Program-made: the position numbers and the translations under genes
In this document: positions 24,220 through 34,687 of the stretch, one piece after another
Layout of the letters: the number at the start of each line of letters is the position of its first letter
Position numbering within the stretch: the stretch's first letter is position 1
The notes under the pieces: model-generated
Told to the model about the DNA's origin: nothing
Database searches by the model: none
What the model saw: the letters and a program-made list of their open reading frames with translations, nothing else
DNA from: an uncultured Gammaproteobacteria bacterium
GTDB taxonomy: Bacteria; Patescibacteriota; Microgenomatia; Levybacterales; UBA12049
DNA: 64,000 nucleotides
Direction: 5' to 3'
Assembly (NCBI GenBank): GCA_964416445.1
Contig: CAYQEE010000006.1
Location: 21,230-85,229 of the forward strand

Positions 24220-24441
24220 TTAACGGAAAAAATGACCTATCACGTCAATTGTTCTTATGAAAGAACTACCCATGGATCCACTTGTCCTAATTGCTCTTCT
24301 GATTGTACCTTCTCTTAACCCCGATTCGTTGTCACGCGGACGCAGTAGTCTTCTCGTTGCGTTCTTTATTCCATTTTGTGTACTTTCACAGCCAACAGAG
24401 AGTGACTCTATTCCTGTTTGATCAAAACGATATATTTCCAT
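24220..24441 (-). CDS. Hypothetical protein
   Basis: 73 aa ORF only. Confidence 0.4.
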   Translation of the reverse strand: MEIYRFDQTGIESLSVGCESTQNGIKNATRRLLRPRDNESGLREGTIRRAIRTSGSMGSSFIRTIDVIGHFFR

Positions 24442-24605
24442 AGTATTCTGATGAAGTTGGTATAGTCCTTTTCTTTCTTTTTAGCAAGAAGGAATATAAG
24501 CGCCTTGTAGGGACAAGCCAACGAGATTCTTTTATAATTTTATGCTAATAGATGTTATCTTATGAGTACTTTGCTATAATGCCCAAGCTATTAAAAAAGC
24601 AATGT

Positions 24606-25772
24606 ATGGCAAAGATCTATTCTCAGCATGAGAAAAAAAGCGAAGTAGTAAATGTTTGGGCAACAAGAAGAGATATTCCTCTTGCAATTTTGGGCTGGAT
24701 TGTGTTACTCATCATTATCTTAAGGGGTCTCAGTTATATTAGTGGAACAATCATTTTACTGTTAATTGCTGGTTTTTTAGCATACGCATTAGTTCCTGCT
24801 GTAACCTTTCTGGAAAAGTATATGCCTCGGTTTCTTGCCATTTTTTTTACGTACCTTGTTATCTTGAGTGGGCTCGGTGTTCTTATTTATTTTATTGCCA
24901 GTACTGCGGTACTGCAGTTCGAATTATTTGCTCATAATGTTCAATCGTTACTTACTCCGCGAAACGGTTTAGGTACGCCACTCTTTATGACTCTGAAACG
25001 ATTTGGTATCTCTCAGCAACAAATATCACTTGTGGGACAAGATCTCACTGCTTCAGCGGAACAACTCACCAGTAGTATTGTTCCTTTTTTGAGCAGTATT
25101 TTTACGTTTGTTCTGGATATTTTAGTAGTGGCCGTTTTAAGCATTTATTTACTCACTGATGGCATCAAAATCACGGAATGGTTGCGAAACAATACCCCTC
25201 CCGCCCAAGAAAAACGAATGGAGTTTCTGATGAGACTTATTGAAAAAATTGTCGGAGGGTATATTCGCGGACAAGTTACCTTAGCATTTATAGTCGGTTT
25301 TTTAGTTGGCATTGGTATGGTAATCTTGCAAGTGCCTTATGCAGTACTCTTAGGAGTTTTAGCATTTTTACTAGAATTTATACCTATTTTAGGAACACTC
25401 ATTTCTGGAGCAATTTGTGTTGTTCTGGCCTTATCGCAAGGGTGGATTATTGCAGTAATTGTACTTGTTTATTTTATTATTGTTCATGTTATTGAAGGAG
25501 ATATTTTAGGTCCTCGAATTGTTGGAAAAGCAATTGGGCTCCATCCATTAGTTTCTCTTATTGCACTAATTGCAGGTTCAGAGCTTTTTGGATTGATTGG
25601 CGCGTTATTTGCTTCACCAGTTGCTGGAATTGTACAAGCATTACTAATTACAGTTTGGACAGAGTGGAAGTCTACGCATACTGAACTTTTTGCAAAACAA
25701 AAACGCAAAGTTGTCCAAAGTATCAATAAAAATCTTTCTGATGATCCATTGCAGAGCAAGAAAAACACGTAG
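24606..25772 (+). CDS. AI-2E family transporter
   Basis: GGYIRGQ, FIPILG, EGDILGPRIVG..IGLHP. Confidence 0.92.
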   Translation: MAKIYSQHEKKSEVVNVWATRRDIPLAILGWIVLLIIILRGLSYISGTIILLLIAGFLAYALVPAVTFLEKYMPRFLAIFFTYLVILSGLGVLIYFIASTAVLQFELFAHNVQSLLTPRNGLGTPLFMTLKRFGISQQQISLVGQDLTASAEQLTSSIVPFLSSIFTFVLDILVVAVLSIYLLTDGIKITEWLRNNTPPAQEKRMEFLMRLIEKIVGGYIRGQVTLAFIVGFLVGIGMVILQVPYAVLLGVLAFLLEFIPILGTLISGAICVVLALSQGWIIAVIVLVYFIIVHVIEGDILGPRIVGKAIGLHPLVSLIALIAGSELFGLIGALFASPVAGIVQALLITVWTEWKSTHTELFAKQKRKVVQSINKNLSDDPLQSKKNT

Positions 25773-25827
25773 TTTGCAAATTTCTTCTGTACATCTTTGT
25801 TGATATTCTTTATGATAATAAAATCGA

Positions 25828-27153
25828 ATGCAGATACAATTTTTTGGAGCAGCGGGAACAGTGACGGGTTCATGCTATCTTCTTTCAACGAATTCTCAAA
25901 CTATTCTCATTGATTGCGGTATGTTTCAAGGAAGTGATGTTTCGCATCTTAATTTTGAGAAACTTCCTTTTGATCCCACTACTGTGTCGCTTGTGGTTCT
26001 TACTCATGCACACTTAGATCATTGTGGACGGTTACCTCTTTTAGTTAAGGAAGGGTTTACGGGGAAAATTTATATGACTCAAGCAACAAAACTGCTTGTT
26101 GGTATTGCTTTGTTTGATGCAGTGAAAGTTGCCAATGAGCATACAGATCGTCCAGCAATGTATACCGAAGATGACGTGCATAAAACATTACAACATATTG
26201 AAATTATTCCGTACGATCAAGCAATTATTCTTGGGCAGCTTCGTATTTCCTTTCGAAACGCCGGTCATATTTTAGGGTCGGCGAGTATTGAGATTAATGA
26301 CGGTACGCAAATTGTTTTATTTTCTGGTGATTTGGGAAATCCATTACAAAAATTATTACAACCAACCGCTTCTGTTCCACAAGCGGATGTGGTTGTCATG
26401 GAAGCAACCTATGGCAATAGAATTCATCCAAATATTGACGCCTTAACGCAATTACAGCAAGAAATTACGCTGATAGAGCAATCAAAAGCAGTCTTATTAC
26501 TTCCTGCATTTGCCTTAGATCGAACCCAAGTATTATTGCATTTATTAAACCATTTAAAACGAGACGGGAAGATACCACGTGGGATACCCGTATATTTAGA
26601 TAGTCCGATGGGAATTCGAGCAACAGCAGTCTATAAAGAGTGTAAAGCATTATGGAGTGATGAGTTACAAAGCCATACTGATGATCCGTTCTCCTTTCCT
26701 GACCTTTTTGTGACAGAAGAAGCAAAGGAAAGTGAAAAAATAGTGAAAGTGCCAGGACCTAAAATTATTATTGCGGGAAATGGCATGATGAATGGAGGAA
26801 GAATATGGCATCATTTACTGAATTATTTACCGCTTCCTTCAACACGATTACTGAGTGTTGGGTATCAAGGAGTAGGTACGGTAGGGAGAGAAATTTTAGA
26901 AGGCGCAAAACGTATTACCTTGTATCACGAAACAATTTCAGTGAACGGAACAGTTACCAGTATGGAAGGACTGAGTGCGCATGCAGATCAAACCGAACTT
27001 TGTTCGTGGTTACAAAAAATTCGTAACGTAAAAAAGCTTTTTATAACCCATGGGGACGATGAATCTCGACAAACGCTTGTTAATACCATTTCTGAAACAA
27101 TAAAAATCACTGATATTATTCTCCCAACAAAAGATAGTATCTATTCCTGGTAA
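25828..27153 (+). CDS. MBL-fold beta-CASP nuclease
   Basis: THAHLDHCG, AGHILGS, FSGDLG, SAHAD, THGD. Confidence 0.92.
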   Translation: MQIQFFGAAGTVTGSCYLLSTNSQTILIDCGMFQGSDVSHLNFEKLPFDPTTVSLVVLTHAHLDHCGRLPLLVKEGFTGKIYMTQATKLLVGIALFDAVKVANEHTDRPAMYTEDDVHKTLQHIEIIPYDQAIILGQLRISFRNAGHILGSASIEINDGTQIVLFSGDLGNPLQKLLQPTASVPQADVVVMEATYGNRIHPNIDALTQLQQEITLIEQSKAVLLLPAFALDRTQVLLHLLNHLKRDGKIPRGIPVYLDSPMGIRATAVYKECKALWSDELQSHTDDPFSFPDLFVTEEAKESEKIVKVPGPKIIIAGNGMMNGGRIWHHLLNYLPLPSTRLLSVGYQGVGTVGREILEGAKRITLYHETISVNGTVTSMEGLSAHADQTELCSWLQKIRNVKKLFITHGDDESRQTLVNTISETIKITDIILPTKDSIYSW

Positions 27154-27156
27154 TCA

Positions 27157-27339
27157 TTATCGATCATCACGAAACGCATTCTTTACATCTTGCTTTAAAC
27201 GCGATGCTGCTTCATTTGCACTGCCTTTAATTTCATCCCATGTTCCACCTGCGTCATCACCAGTTGATTTTTTTATTTTTCCTCTTCCTTTTTGAAATTT
27301 TCCTTTAATATTTTGTGCGAGATCATCAAGGTCTGACAT
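27157..27339 (-). CDS. CsbD-like stress protein
   Basis: IKGKFQKGRGKIKKSTGDD; strong SD AAAGGAGG. Confidence 0.8.
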   Translation of the reverse strand: MSDLDDLAQNIKGKFQKGRGKIKKSTGDDAGGTWDEIKGSANEAASRLKQDVKNAFRDDR

Positions 27340-27422
27340 ATTGGTTACCTCCTTTCTTTGTTTACTATATCCTATGTGATTGGTAGCGATGTAAAAGAGA
27401 ACGAAGAGATTGGTAAGAGTAA

Positions 27423-28343
27423 CTAGGTCTCTTGCTGCAATTGAGGAAATAAATCATAATGTGCGGTTTGTGCAGCAGTTGCTCCTTCATGGGCTGCGGT
27501 GATAACTTGATGATTAAATAATTTTGTTACATCTCCCGCTGCATAGACAAAAGGAATATTTGTTCGTTGTTCCGCATCAGTGAGGATATAGCTTGTTTCT
27601 GAGAGACGAACACCAAGTTGTTTTGCGAGTGTGGTATTTGGTTTTGCTTCATGTTCACTAAAGAGGTAATCAAGAGGAAGTTGTTGACCATTCGAAAGGG
27701 TCACTAAAGAAAATATTCCATTGTCTCCTGCTATTGCGGTAATTTGCGTGTCATAGAAGGGAATATGTGTTTTTTCTAATCGCCTTATCCATTCTTTTGT
27801 TATTACGTGTTTTCCTGGGGGAGTATTCGTCACAAACACTATCTGTCGTGTAAAAATAAGAAATTGTAACGCAGTACAGACTGCCTCATTTGTTTTTCCT
27901 ATGACGATAATTCGTTTTCCCCTCGTTTTATATCCATCACAGGTTATACACCAAAATAATGATTTTCCTAAGTATGCTTTCCAATTGGTGAAATGGGGGA
28001 AAAAATCAGTGACACCTGTTGCGAGAATTAGCGAGCGGCTTCGATATGTTATGTGTTTTCCTTGCGAGATAAAAATCTCTTTTTCCTTGTATGTCGTTTC
28101 AATAGTGTCATCACCAAATTGACTACCAAACATTCGTGCTTGTTCTATTCCTCGACGTCTCAGTTCTTGCGATGATATTCCTTGTGGAAATCCTAAATAA
28201 TTTTGATTGACTTCTTGAGAATTCCATCTGCCTGTTCCATTATCGAGAACGATGGTTGATCGATTCAATCGTGTCGTATAGATTGCAGCGGAAATACCAG
28301 CAAATCCCCCACCAATAACGACAACATCATAGAGTGGCTTCAT
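27423..28343 (-). CDS. Thioredoxin reductase-like FAD oxidoreductase
   Basis: GGGFAG, ILATG, CITCDG, YAAGD. Confidence 0.9.
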   Translation of the reverse strand: MKPLYDVVVIGGGFAGISAAIYTTRLNRSTIVLDNGTGRWNSQEVNQNYLGFPQGISSQELRRRGIEQARMFGSQFGDDTIETTYKEKEIFISQGKHITYRSRSLILATGVTDFFPHFTNWKAYLGKSLFWCITCDGYKTRGKRIIVIGKTNEAVCTALQFLIFTRQIVFVTNTPPGKHVITKEWIRRLEKTHIPFYDTQITAIAGDNGIFSLVTLSNGQQLPLDYLFSEHEAKPNTTLAKQLGVRLSETSYILTDAEQRTNIPFVYAAGDVTKLFNHQVITAAHEGATAAQTAHYDLFPQLQQET

Positions 28344-28405
28344 ACTATGCTTGTACGGTATTTTTGTAAGAATTAGAAAAGAGTGTTGTTTGCTATAATT
28401 GAGCA

Positions 28406-28999
28406 ATGCCAATTGCCTTTCTCTATTGTGATCTTGCTGGAGTGCACTATGATTTTCAAACTGGTCTGACGAAGCTCTTAGAAAATGAAGGTATTACCTA
28501 TGCATCTTTTGCCAATGATATTGAACCACTTGAGAAAAAGCTTAATGAAGGATCGATTTCATTGGATCAAGCGCTTCCATCATACGAAAGATATTTTCAC
28601 CATTCATTGGCAAAGAAGGAATTTATTAATTTTCTTACTGATCAATTTCAACCAATTACCGCAATGCATACTGTGCTTCAAAATCTTTCAAAACACTATC
28701 CGATTGGATTGCTAACAAATATTTTTGATGGATTATTTAGCGTATTACAAAAAAAACATCTTATTGCATCTCTCGATTATCAACAAATTATTCAGTCATA
28801 CCAAGTAGGAGTAGTAAAACCTGATCCACGAATTTATCTTCTTGCTACTAAAAAGGCACAAGTAAATCCAGAACAAATCCTTTTTATTGATGATTCTCCA
28901 GTATCTGTTGCCGCAGCAAACCAAGTGGGTTGGAATACCATTTTGTTTGATGTAAAACGAGTTGATACGATTCGTGAAGAAATTGCCGCAAAGTTGTGA
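28406..28999 (+). CDS. HAD family phosphatase
   Basis: DLAGV, LLTN, KPDPRIY, FIDDS. Confidence 0.88.
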   Translation: MPIAFLYCDLAGVHYDFQTGLTKLLENEGITYASFANDIEPLEKKLNEGSISLDQALPSYERYFHHSLAKKEFINFLTDQFQPITAMHTVLQNLSKHYPIGLLTNIFDGLFSVLQKKHLIASLDYQQIIQSYQVGVVKPDPRIYLLATKKAQVNPEQILFIDDSPVSVAAANQVGWNTILFDVKRVDTIREEIAAKL

Positions 29000-29155
29000 T
29001 ACCCCAAAACGTATGGAATAATATGGATAATGAACGTTCATGGGTGTCTGAAATTTGTATTGTCCTTGTGATCTTAATTATTGCGGGAAGAGTTTTTTTT
29101 GGCAAATAGTTTTTCAGAAAGCATATCATTACCTCTGTTGCATGTATGCAATATC

Positions 29156-29887
29156 CTAATAATGTCCAAAAGGATAGGTAATATCTTTAGTAAAATATTC
29201 AATACCATAACGCCACAGTCCATAGATTCCTTTCAGATAAAATACCAAAAAGGGAAGAGGTCCCATTTTCCGAATTCGTCGTACAGAATGATAAGCAAGA
29301 GGCGAGAAATAAAAATGATACGAGGCACCATTTGCATAGGATCTTCTTGCATAATCAATATCTTCTGCAATCAGTAAATCAGTTCGGAAACCATTTAACT
29401 TCTCATGATTTTCTTTGGTGGTAAATAGAAAAAACCCGGGTGCATAATGTCCGAAGAGACAGAATAGAATTCCCACAGGAGCAAGAATCGCAATAATGAG
29501 CGTTGAAAAGAAATCAAATTCTGCGGCTAAACATAAGGTGACTGCGAGGGTACGTTCCTGAGGAGGAACTTTTGGAAGAAAAGATGCTAAAAAATGAGGA
29601 GGTAAAATCATATCTGCGTCAAGGAAAAGAATATGATGAAATGATGCTTTTTTTGCACCAAAGTTTCGTTGTGCTCCGATATTCTTATTGATTTCATAAA
29701 CAGAGAGATTTGGTAACGTTTGCTGGAACTGTCTAATGACCTCTCTTGTTTTGTCGGTTGATTTTCCATCGACAACAATGATCTCAAGTTTTCCGGTATG
29801 GGTTTGGTTTTGAAGTGAGTTCAGTAATTTAGGTAAATATTTTTCTTCATTAAGTGTTGGAATAACGATGGAAAGTTGAGAAATCAT
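29156..29887 (-). CDS. GT2 glycosyltransferase
   Basis: SIVIPTLNEE, VVDGKSTD, FLDAD, AED. Confidence 0.92.
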   Translation of the reverse strand: MISQLSIVIPTLNEEKYLPKLLNSLQNQTHTGKLEIIVVDGKSTDKTREVIRQFQQTLPNLSVYEINKNIGAQRNFGAKKASFHHILFLDADMILPPHFLASFLPKVPPQERTLAVTLCLAAEFDFFSTLIIAILAPVGILFCLFGHYAPGFFLFTTKENHEKLNGFRTDLLIAEDIDYARRSYANGASYHFYFSPLAYHSVRRIRKMGPLPFLVFYLKGIYGLWRYGIEYFTKDITYPFGHY

Positions 29888-29981
29888 GAATTTTATCATA
29901 AATAAAAAATGATTAGGTGTCAAAAATACTTTTTTTATTTTCACATCTCTTTGTTTATGGTATAGTTTTACTATCCGCCCT

Positions 29982-30851
29982 ATGAAGAAAGTATTGCTTT
30001 TTCTCTTACCTGTTGTCTTAGCGATTCTTGTTTTTCTTGGAGTTGTGTATTTTTTGCAAAAAACAACCGTGAGTAAAGGTGCTTTACAAGTAACTTCCCA
30101 ACCACAAAGTACGGCGTATTTAAATGGACAAATTGTTGGAAAGACACCGTTATGTGATTGTGACCCGAAAGATATGCTTCCTGTTGGTGACTACACAATT
30201 CGACTTGTCCCCACAAGTGGGAATGCAGAACCTTATGAAGAGAAAATTACACTTTCCCAATCCGTTTTAACTGTTGTTGATCGGACGTTTGGCGATGTGG
30301 GAAAATCAAACGGAAGTGTTATCTCCTTAAGTCCGATTTCTGATCCGAAGGATGCACAAATTTTTGTTTCGTCCTTTCCCTATGGTGCAGATGTTTCATT
30401 AGATAGTAATCCTTCAGGAAGTACCCCGTTGGTAATTGATCATGTCACGGAATCTGACCATGAGTTAACTGTTTCCAAAAGCGGCTATGATCAGAAAACA
30501 ATTCGAATTCATGGCGTGTTAGGATATAAACTCAGTGCCATTATCTCACTAGCAACTGATCTTTCTCAGCAACCCGTTGCGATTACTACTGCTACACCTT
30601 CTGCGTCAGTAACTCCTACGGGGAATCCGACACCGACGAGTATCTTACAAGGTCCCCAAATTACTATTTTAGATACACCCACTGGTTTTCTTCGAGTTCG
30701 AGACTCAGCGTCCTTAGGTGGTACTGAAATTGCACAAGTTCATCCAGGAGAAACCTACCCGTACGTTGGAGAACAGGATGGGTGGATGGAAATAAAGCTA
30801 CCAAATGGTCAAAAGGGATGGGTAAGCGCAACCTATACCAAAAAGCTGTAA
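29982..30851 (+). CDS. Membrane-anchored PEGA-domain plus C-terminal SH3 protein
   Basis: N-terminal TM, two PEGA repeats (G.TP), P/T linker, LRVRD...GWVS SH3b. Confidence 0.85.
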   Translation: MKKVLLFLLPVVLAILVFLGVVYFLQKTTVSKGALQVTSQPQSTAYLNGQIVGKTPLCDCDPKDMLPVGDYTIRLVPTSGNAEPYEEKITLSQSVLTVVDRTFGDVGKSNGSVISLSPISDPKDAQIFVSSFPYGADVSLDSNPSGSTPLVIDHVTESDHELTVSKSGYDQKTIRIHGVLGYKLSAIISLATDLSQQPVAITTATPSASVTPTGNPTPTSILQGPQITILDTPTGFLRVRDSASLGGTEIAQVHPGETYPYVGEQDGWMEIKLPNGQKGWVSATYTKKL

Positions 30852-31796
30852 TTATCCTCGGATGAAGTAAATGACTATAATAACAAGAAGAATCCATGAA
30901 ATAACACTGATTAATAATGGCGTATCAGATAAGAATACTTTCTCCGGACTCTCTCCTTCATGTTTTTCATAAATATCTTGTAAATAACGCATTAATCCGT
31001 ATACTACGGGGAAAATAGTTATCATTAACCATTTTCTTTGGAAATAGTCGGGAAGAAAATTGGGAAGCAAAGCGTTAATAGAAATTTTTATTCCTTGAGG
31101 GTCTTCAAAAAACGTAAAAAATGAATAGAAAATCAGTGTACACGAGACAAAGATTGAAGCATAAACATCCAAGAGCCGTTCAGAATAATGAGATAATGTT
31201 TTTCTGGTAGCTTCAATTTGTTTTTCGGTAAATCGGGAGATGAGGGTTAACTCGGAACGTCGTTTTCCAACAGCTAAAAACAGCGATAAAGAAACCGTTG
31301 TGAGTACAAGCCAAATGGAAATATGGTATCCGCTTGCAACTTCGCCACCATATACTCGTAAAATATATCCCGCAGCAAGTGCAAGAATATCAAGAATTGT
31401 AATATCTTTAATAAACATGGAATAGGAAAGTTGGAGTGCGAGGTAAATAGTGACAAGAAAGAAAAATGCTGGATTAATAGCAATACTCAAAATGAGTGAT
31501 CCAATGGCAAGAATAAAAAAGAGTACTAATGCATATGGTATCGAAAGATCTCCTGCAGCTAACGGTCGAAACTTTTTAAAAGGATGCATTCGGTCTTTTT
31601 GAATGTCGAAAATATCATTGATAACATAGACAGCACTGGAAAGGCCACAAAAAATAATAAAAGCAAAACAGACATTTAAGAAAATTGGGAGATTAAAGAG
31701 TTGACCAGTAAAAACAAGAGAGGGAAAAACAGCAAAGTTTTTAATCCATTGCTTTGGTCTGAACAACTTTAGCGTTTTAATAATTTTCTTTTTCAT
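30852..31796 (-). CDS. UbiA family, decaprenyl-phosphate phosphoribosyltransferase-like
   Basis: RPKQWIKN, YVINDIFD..DRMHP.K..RPLAAG, KRRSEL. Confidence 0.88.
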   Translation of the reverse strand: MKKKIIKTLKLFRPKQWIKNFAVFPSLVFTGQLFNLPIFLNVCFAFIIFCGLSSAVYVINDIFDIQKDRMHPFKKFRPLAAGDLSIPYALVLFFILAIGSLILSIAINPAFFFLVTIYLALQLSYSMFIKDITILDILALAAGYILRVYGGEVASGYHISIWLVLTTVSLSLFLAVGKRRSELTLISRFTEKQIEATRKTLSHYSERLLDVYASIFVSCTLIFYSFFTFFEDPQGIKISINALLPNFLPDYFQRKWLMITIFPVVYGLMRYLQDIYEKHEGESPEKVFLSDTPLLISVISWILLVIIVIYFIRG

Positions 31797-32856
31797 GGTT
31801 TGCTTTTAGCGTAATATGCAAGAAAAGCAATCCGCCACCTAACACTACTCCCAACATGACAATCGCGAATATTTTGCCTGAACTCGAGAGTGTTAAGGAA
31901 GCTGCTCCTAATATAGCAGAAATTATCCAATAAAACAAAGCTACTCCGCGTTGTCCCAACCCTTTTTGCAGTAATAAGTGGTGCAAATGTTTATTATCTC
32001 CCCAAAAAGGTGATCTGCCACTGAGTAAGCGACGAATTATCGTAAAAATACCATCAATCATAGGAACTCCCATAACTAAAATAGCTGTAGCTAATTTTGC
32101 TCCCGATAAAATCGAAACAGCACTCAAAAGAAGATAAATAGCAGTCGCTCCATATCCGGGAAAAATCCGGGCAGGATAGTAATTATAGACAAGAAACCCC
32201 AGAGCAGCTCCAGCAATAATAAATGATAATTTTACTGGTAACGCTGTAACGGGATCACTCAGAAAAAAGCGAAGACTTAACAATCCAATAACAAATGCTG
32301 ATATTGCTACCACTCCTGGCATTTGTCCATCGACTCCTTTACTCCAATTCAACATATTCATTACCCAGACAATCCAAATGAGAGATAAGATGTCAGAAAG
32401 ATGTAATCCCACTCGTACTTGAAAAAGTGTTGTGGAAAATCCAATAGCGTTTAAATGAAGGATACCGCCTAATGGATTCGTGATAAAAGGTATCGTGACT
32501 CCGCTATTAACAATAATTAAAGCACAAAAGATATTAACCGCAAATCGAAAATAGCGGGATATATCGTACTTATCATCGAGAGTTCCGGTTACTAAGGCAA
32601 TGAGCGATGAAACAAAAAGAGCAACGGTTATTCGATTAATAGGGAGAAAAAAGATGCTTGCTCCAACAACTCCGAGGAATAAAGGAATGCCACCTCCACG
32701 AGGAATTGGTTTGGTATGTACCATTGCCGGATGTTTGTGTGTTTTTGGATCATCAATAAGTCCCCATTTTCGAATGAAAATAAGACAAAAAGGAGTAACG
32801 AGGAGCGTTATGAAAAAAGAAGAAAAGAGCGGTAAGAAAATTATCATTGTTTCCAT
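31777..32856 (-). CDS. WecA/TagO-like (MraY family) sugar-phosphate transferase
   Basis: PRGGG, GTLDD, N..N...GVDG, HLHH. Confidence 0.9.
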   Translation of the reverse strand: METMIIFLPLFSSFFITLLVTPFCLIFIRKWGLIDDPKTHKHPAMVHTKPIPRGGGIPLFLGVVGASIFFLPINRITVALFVSSLIALVTGTLDDKYDISRYFRFAVNIFCALIIVNSGVTIPFITNPLGGILHLNAIGFSTTLFQVRVGLHLSDILSLIWIVWVMNMLNWSKGVDGQMPGVVAISAFVIGLLSLRFFLSDPVTALPVKLSFIIAGAALGFLVYNYYPARIFPGYGATAIYLLLSAVSILSGAKLATAILVMGVPMIDGIFTIIRRLLSGRSPFWGDNKHLHHLLLQKGLGQRGVALFYWIISAILGAASLTLSSSGKIFAIVMLGVVLGGGLLFLHITLKANHEKENY

Positions 32857-32862
32857 TAATCG

Positions 32863-33216
32863 TTACCTCATTAACAGTATTATTTGAATCACATAGATAA
32901 AAACGAATAGCCAAAACATTACGGTTGTAATTCCAAGAAATCGGGCAAGTAATGCTATTCTTTTATATACTTTTGATGCAACAACAAGGTTGATAATAAA
33001 GAAGATCATGGCAGTTCCCAGATAGATAAATATATCTATTTTTTGCCCGATCCGTTCATATCCCCAAGGCATTTTATTATACAAGGGAAGAAAAGGGGGG
33101 AGTGCATTATAGGAAAACCCAATAAAAAGAAAACTTGCAATTAACAGGAGAAAGCTGATAAGAAAACCCCAATAGGTAATTTTGTCTTGTCGTAAATGTT
33201 TAAAGAATTTTTTCAT
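32863..33216 (-). CDS. Small membrane protein
   Basis: 3 TM, LPPFLPLY..PWG. Confidence 0.7.
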   Translation of the reverse strand: MKKFFKHLRQDKITYWGFLISFLLLIASFLFIGFSYNALPPFLPLYNKMPWGYERIGQKIDIFIYLGTAMIFFIINLVVASKVYKRIALLARFLGITTVMFWLFVFIYVIQIILLMR

Positions 33217-34687
33217 AAATTGTTGTCCGATCTATAGTAAGTCTAGGTGTATATTGATTGAGCGAATAAGGTAAGGCTGGTTCATTAGGAAAAATTATTA
33301 TATACTTTGGTTTGATTTGTGCAAGTATCATTGCAGTTTCTTTCATATTACTTGCACTACTGTCCATATGATAAGCGACAATAAATCGTCCTAGTGGAAG
33401 GGTATTGGTTATCATATAGATCTGAGGGATATCCCCCCAAATGAAAACTCTATCGTTTGGTTTTTTTGTATTGTTAATATATTGGGCAAGTGTTGCATTA
33501 CGAATAGTAACTTTGTCGAAAAATGTATCATATTGTGCTGTTGATTTTTGTTGCATGGTATAGCCAATGAAGTTTCCATAGTATCCAAACAAATACTTAG
33601 GTATTCGTGTATGCAGTCCAAATGGTATATCAATAAGGATAAGTAAACTCAGCATACCTAGGGTAAAAGGGCGTGAAGTTCTTTTCTGAGAAAACCAAAG
33701 TCCAAAACCTAATGATAAACTGGAGAGAATCATGAGAACGTAATGTGTATATGGCCGTTGCGAAAAGAAAATATCAAACAGAGAAAAAACAATCCAAAGA
33801 AAAATGAATAGCTGTGTATGGGTAAACTTTTTACGGAAATAGAAAAGCAAGAGAGTCAAAAGGCAAAGAATACCAAGTTTTACCATAAGAAGGCCACGAG
33901 GAATAACGAAGGTATTTCCATAGGCGACATAATTAACATTACTAAAAAATGCTGAAATAAAGAATGCATGGAGATTCCCTTGAAAGAAAAAAATAATACT
34001 GGTAAGCAGAAAGGGGACAAAAAAACCAGCAACAAAGATACCCAGTATTTTCATTTGTTTTTGTATTTCTGAAAGTTTTGTATAAGAAATAAAAAAGAGA
34101 TAAATAAAAAATGCCGTAAAATCAAAAAAAGCAACAATTTTTGTAAGAAATGCAATGCCAAGGGCAATACCTGCAATGAGTAATAAAATAAGGTGTGCAA
34201 AAGATGGTTTAGTTACTGGTTTCTGTTGAGCTACCATGTAGACAACGATTGCTGCCAAAAGAATAGGTAGGAGCATGAAATTTTCAGCATTTGCTATATT
34301 TCCCTCCAGAAAGGGTGTTGCAAAGAGAAACGCAAATATTCCTGTTGTAATAAATTGTATCTTTTCCTGCAAAAATAATTTTTTCGAAAGAAAATAAAAT
34401 GCGATGACTGTGCAAAGTCCTACGCATAAAGAGAAAATTCTGACGCTTGTTTGATCGCCATTAAAAAATGCATAGAGTACATATAAAAGTGGTGGTTTAT
34501 TATCCCAAATGCCTGTATATAGGATTCTTCCTTGTTTGAGTGCTGTCCCAATCACTTGATAGATTCCCTCATCCCCATACCAATAAGGTTCAAAAATAGA
34601 GGGCAATCGAAGAAGAAAAAAAAGAAATACCGTGAGGAGAAGAAACCATGTAGATTTTTGCTTCTCAAGTTTATGAAGAAGTTTCAT
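33200..34687 (-). CDS. GT-C (ArnT/PMT-like) glycosyltransferase
   Basis: WYGDEGIY, WDNKPP, multi-TM. Confidence 0.85.
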   Translation of the reverse strand: MKLLHKLEKQKSTWFLLLTVFLFFLLRLPSIFEPYWYGDEGIYQVIGTALKQGRILYTGIWDNKPPLLYVLYAFFNGDQTSVRIFSLCVGLCTVIAFYFLSKKLFLQEKIQFITTGIFAFLFATPFLEGNIANAENFMLLPILLAAIVVYMVAQQKPVTKPSFAHLILLLIAGIALGIAFLTKIVAFFDFTAFFIYLFFISYTKLSEIQKQMKILGIFVAGFFVPFLLTSIIFFFQGNLHAFFISAFFSNVNYVAYGNTFVIPRGLLMVKLGILCLLTLLLFYFRKKFTHTQLFIFLWIVFSLFDIFFSQRPYTHYVLMILSSLSLGFGLWFSQKRTSRPFTLGMLSLLILIDIPFGLHTRIPKYLFGYYGNFIGYTMQQKSTAQYDTFFDKVTIRNATLAQYINNTKKPNDRVFIWGDIPQIYMITNTLPLGRFIVAYHMDSSASNMKETAMILAQIKPKYIIIFPNEPALPYSLNQYTPRLTIDRTTIYEKIL

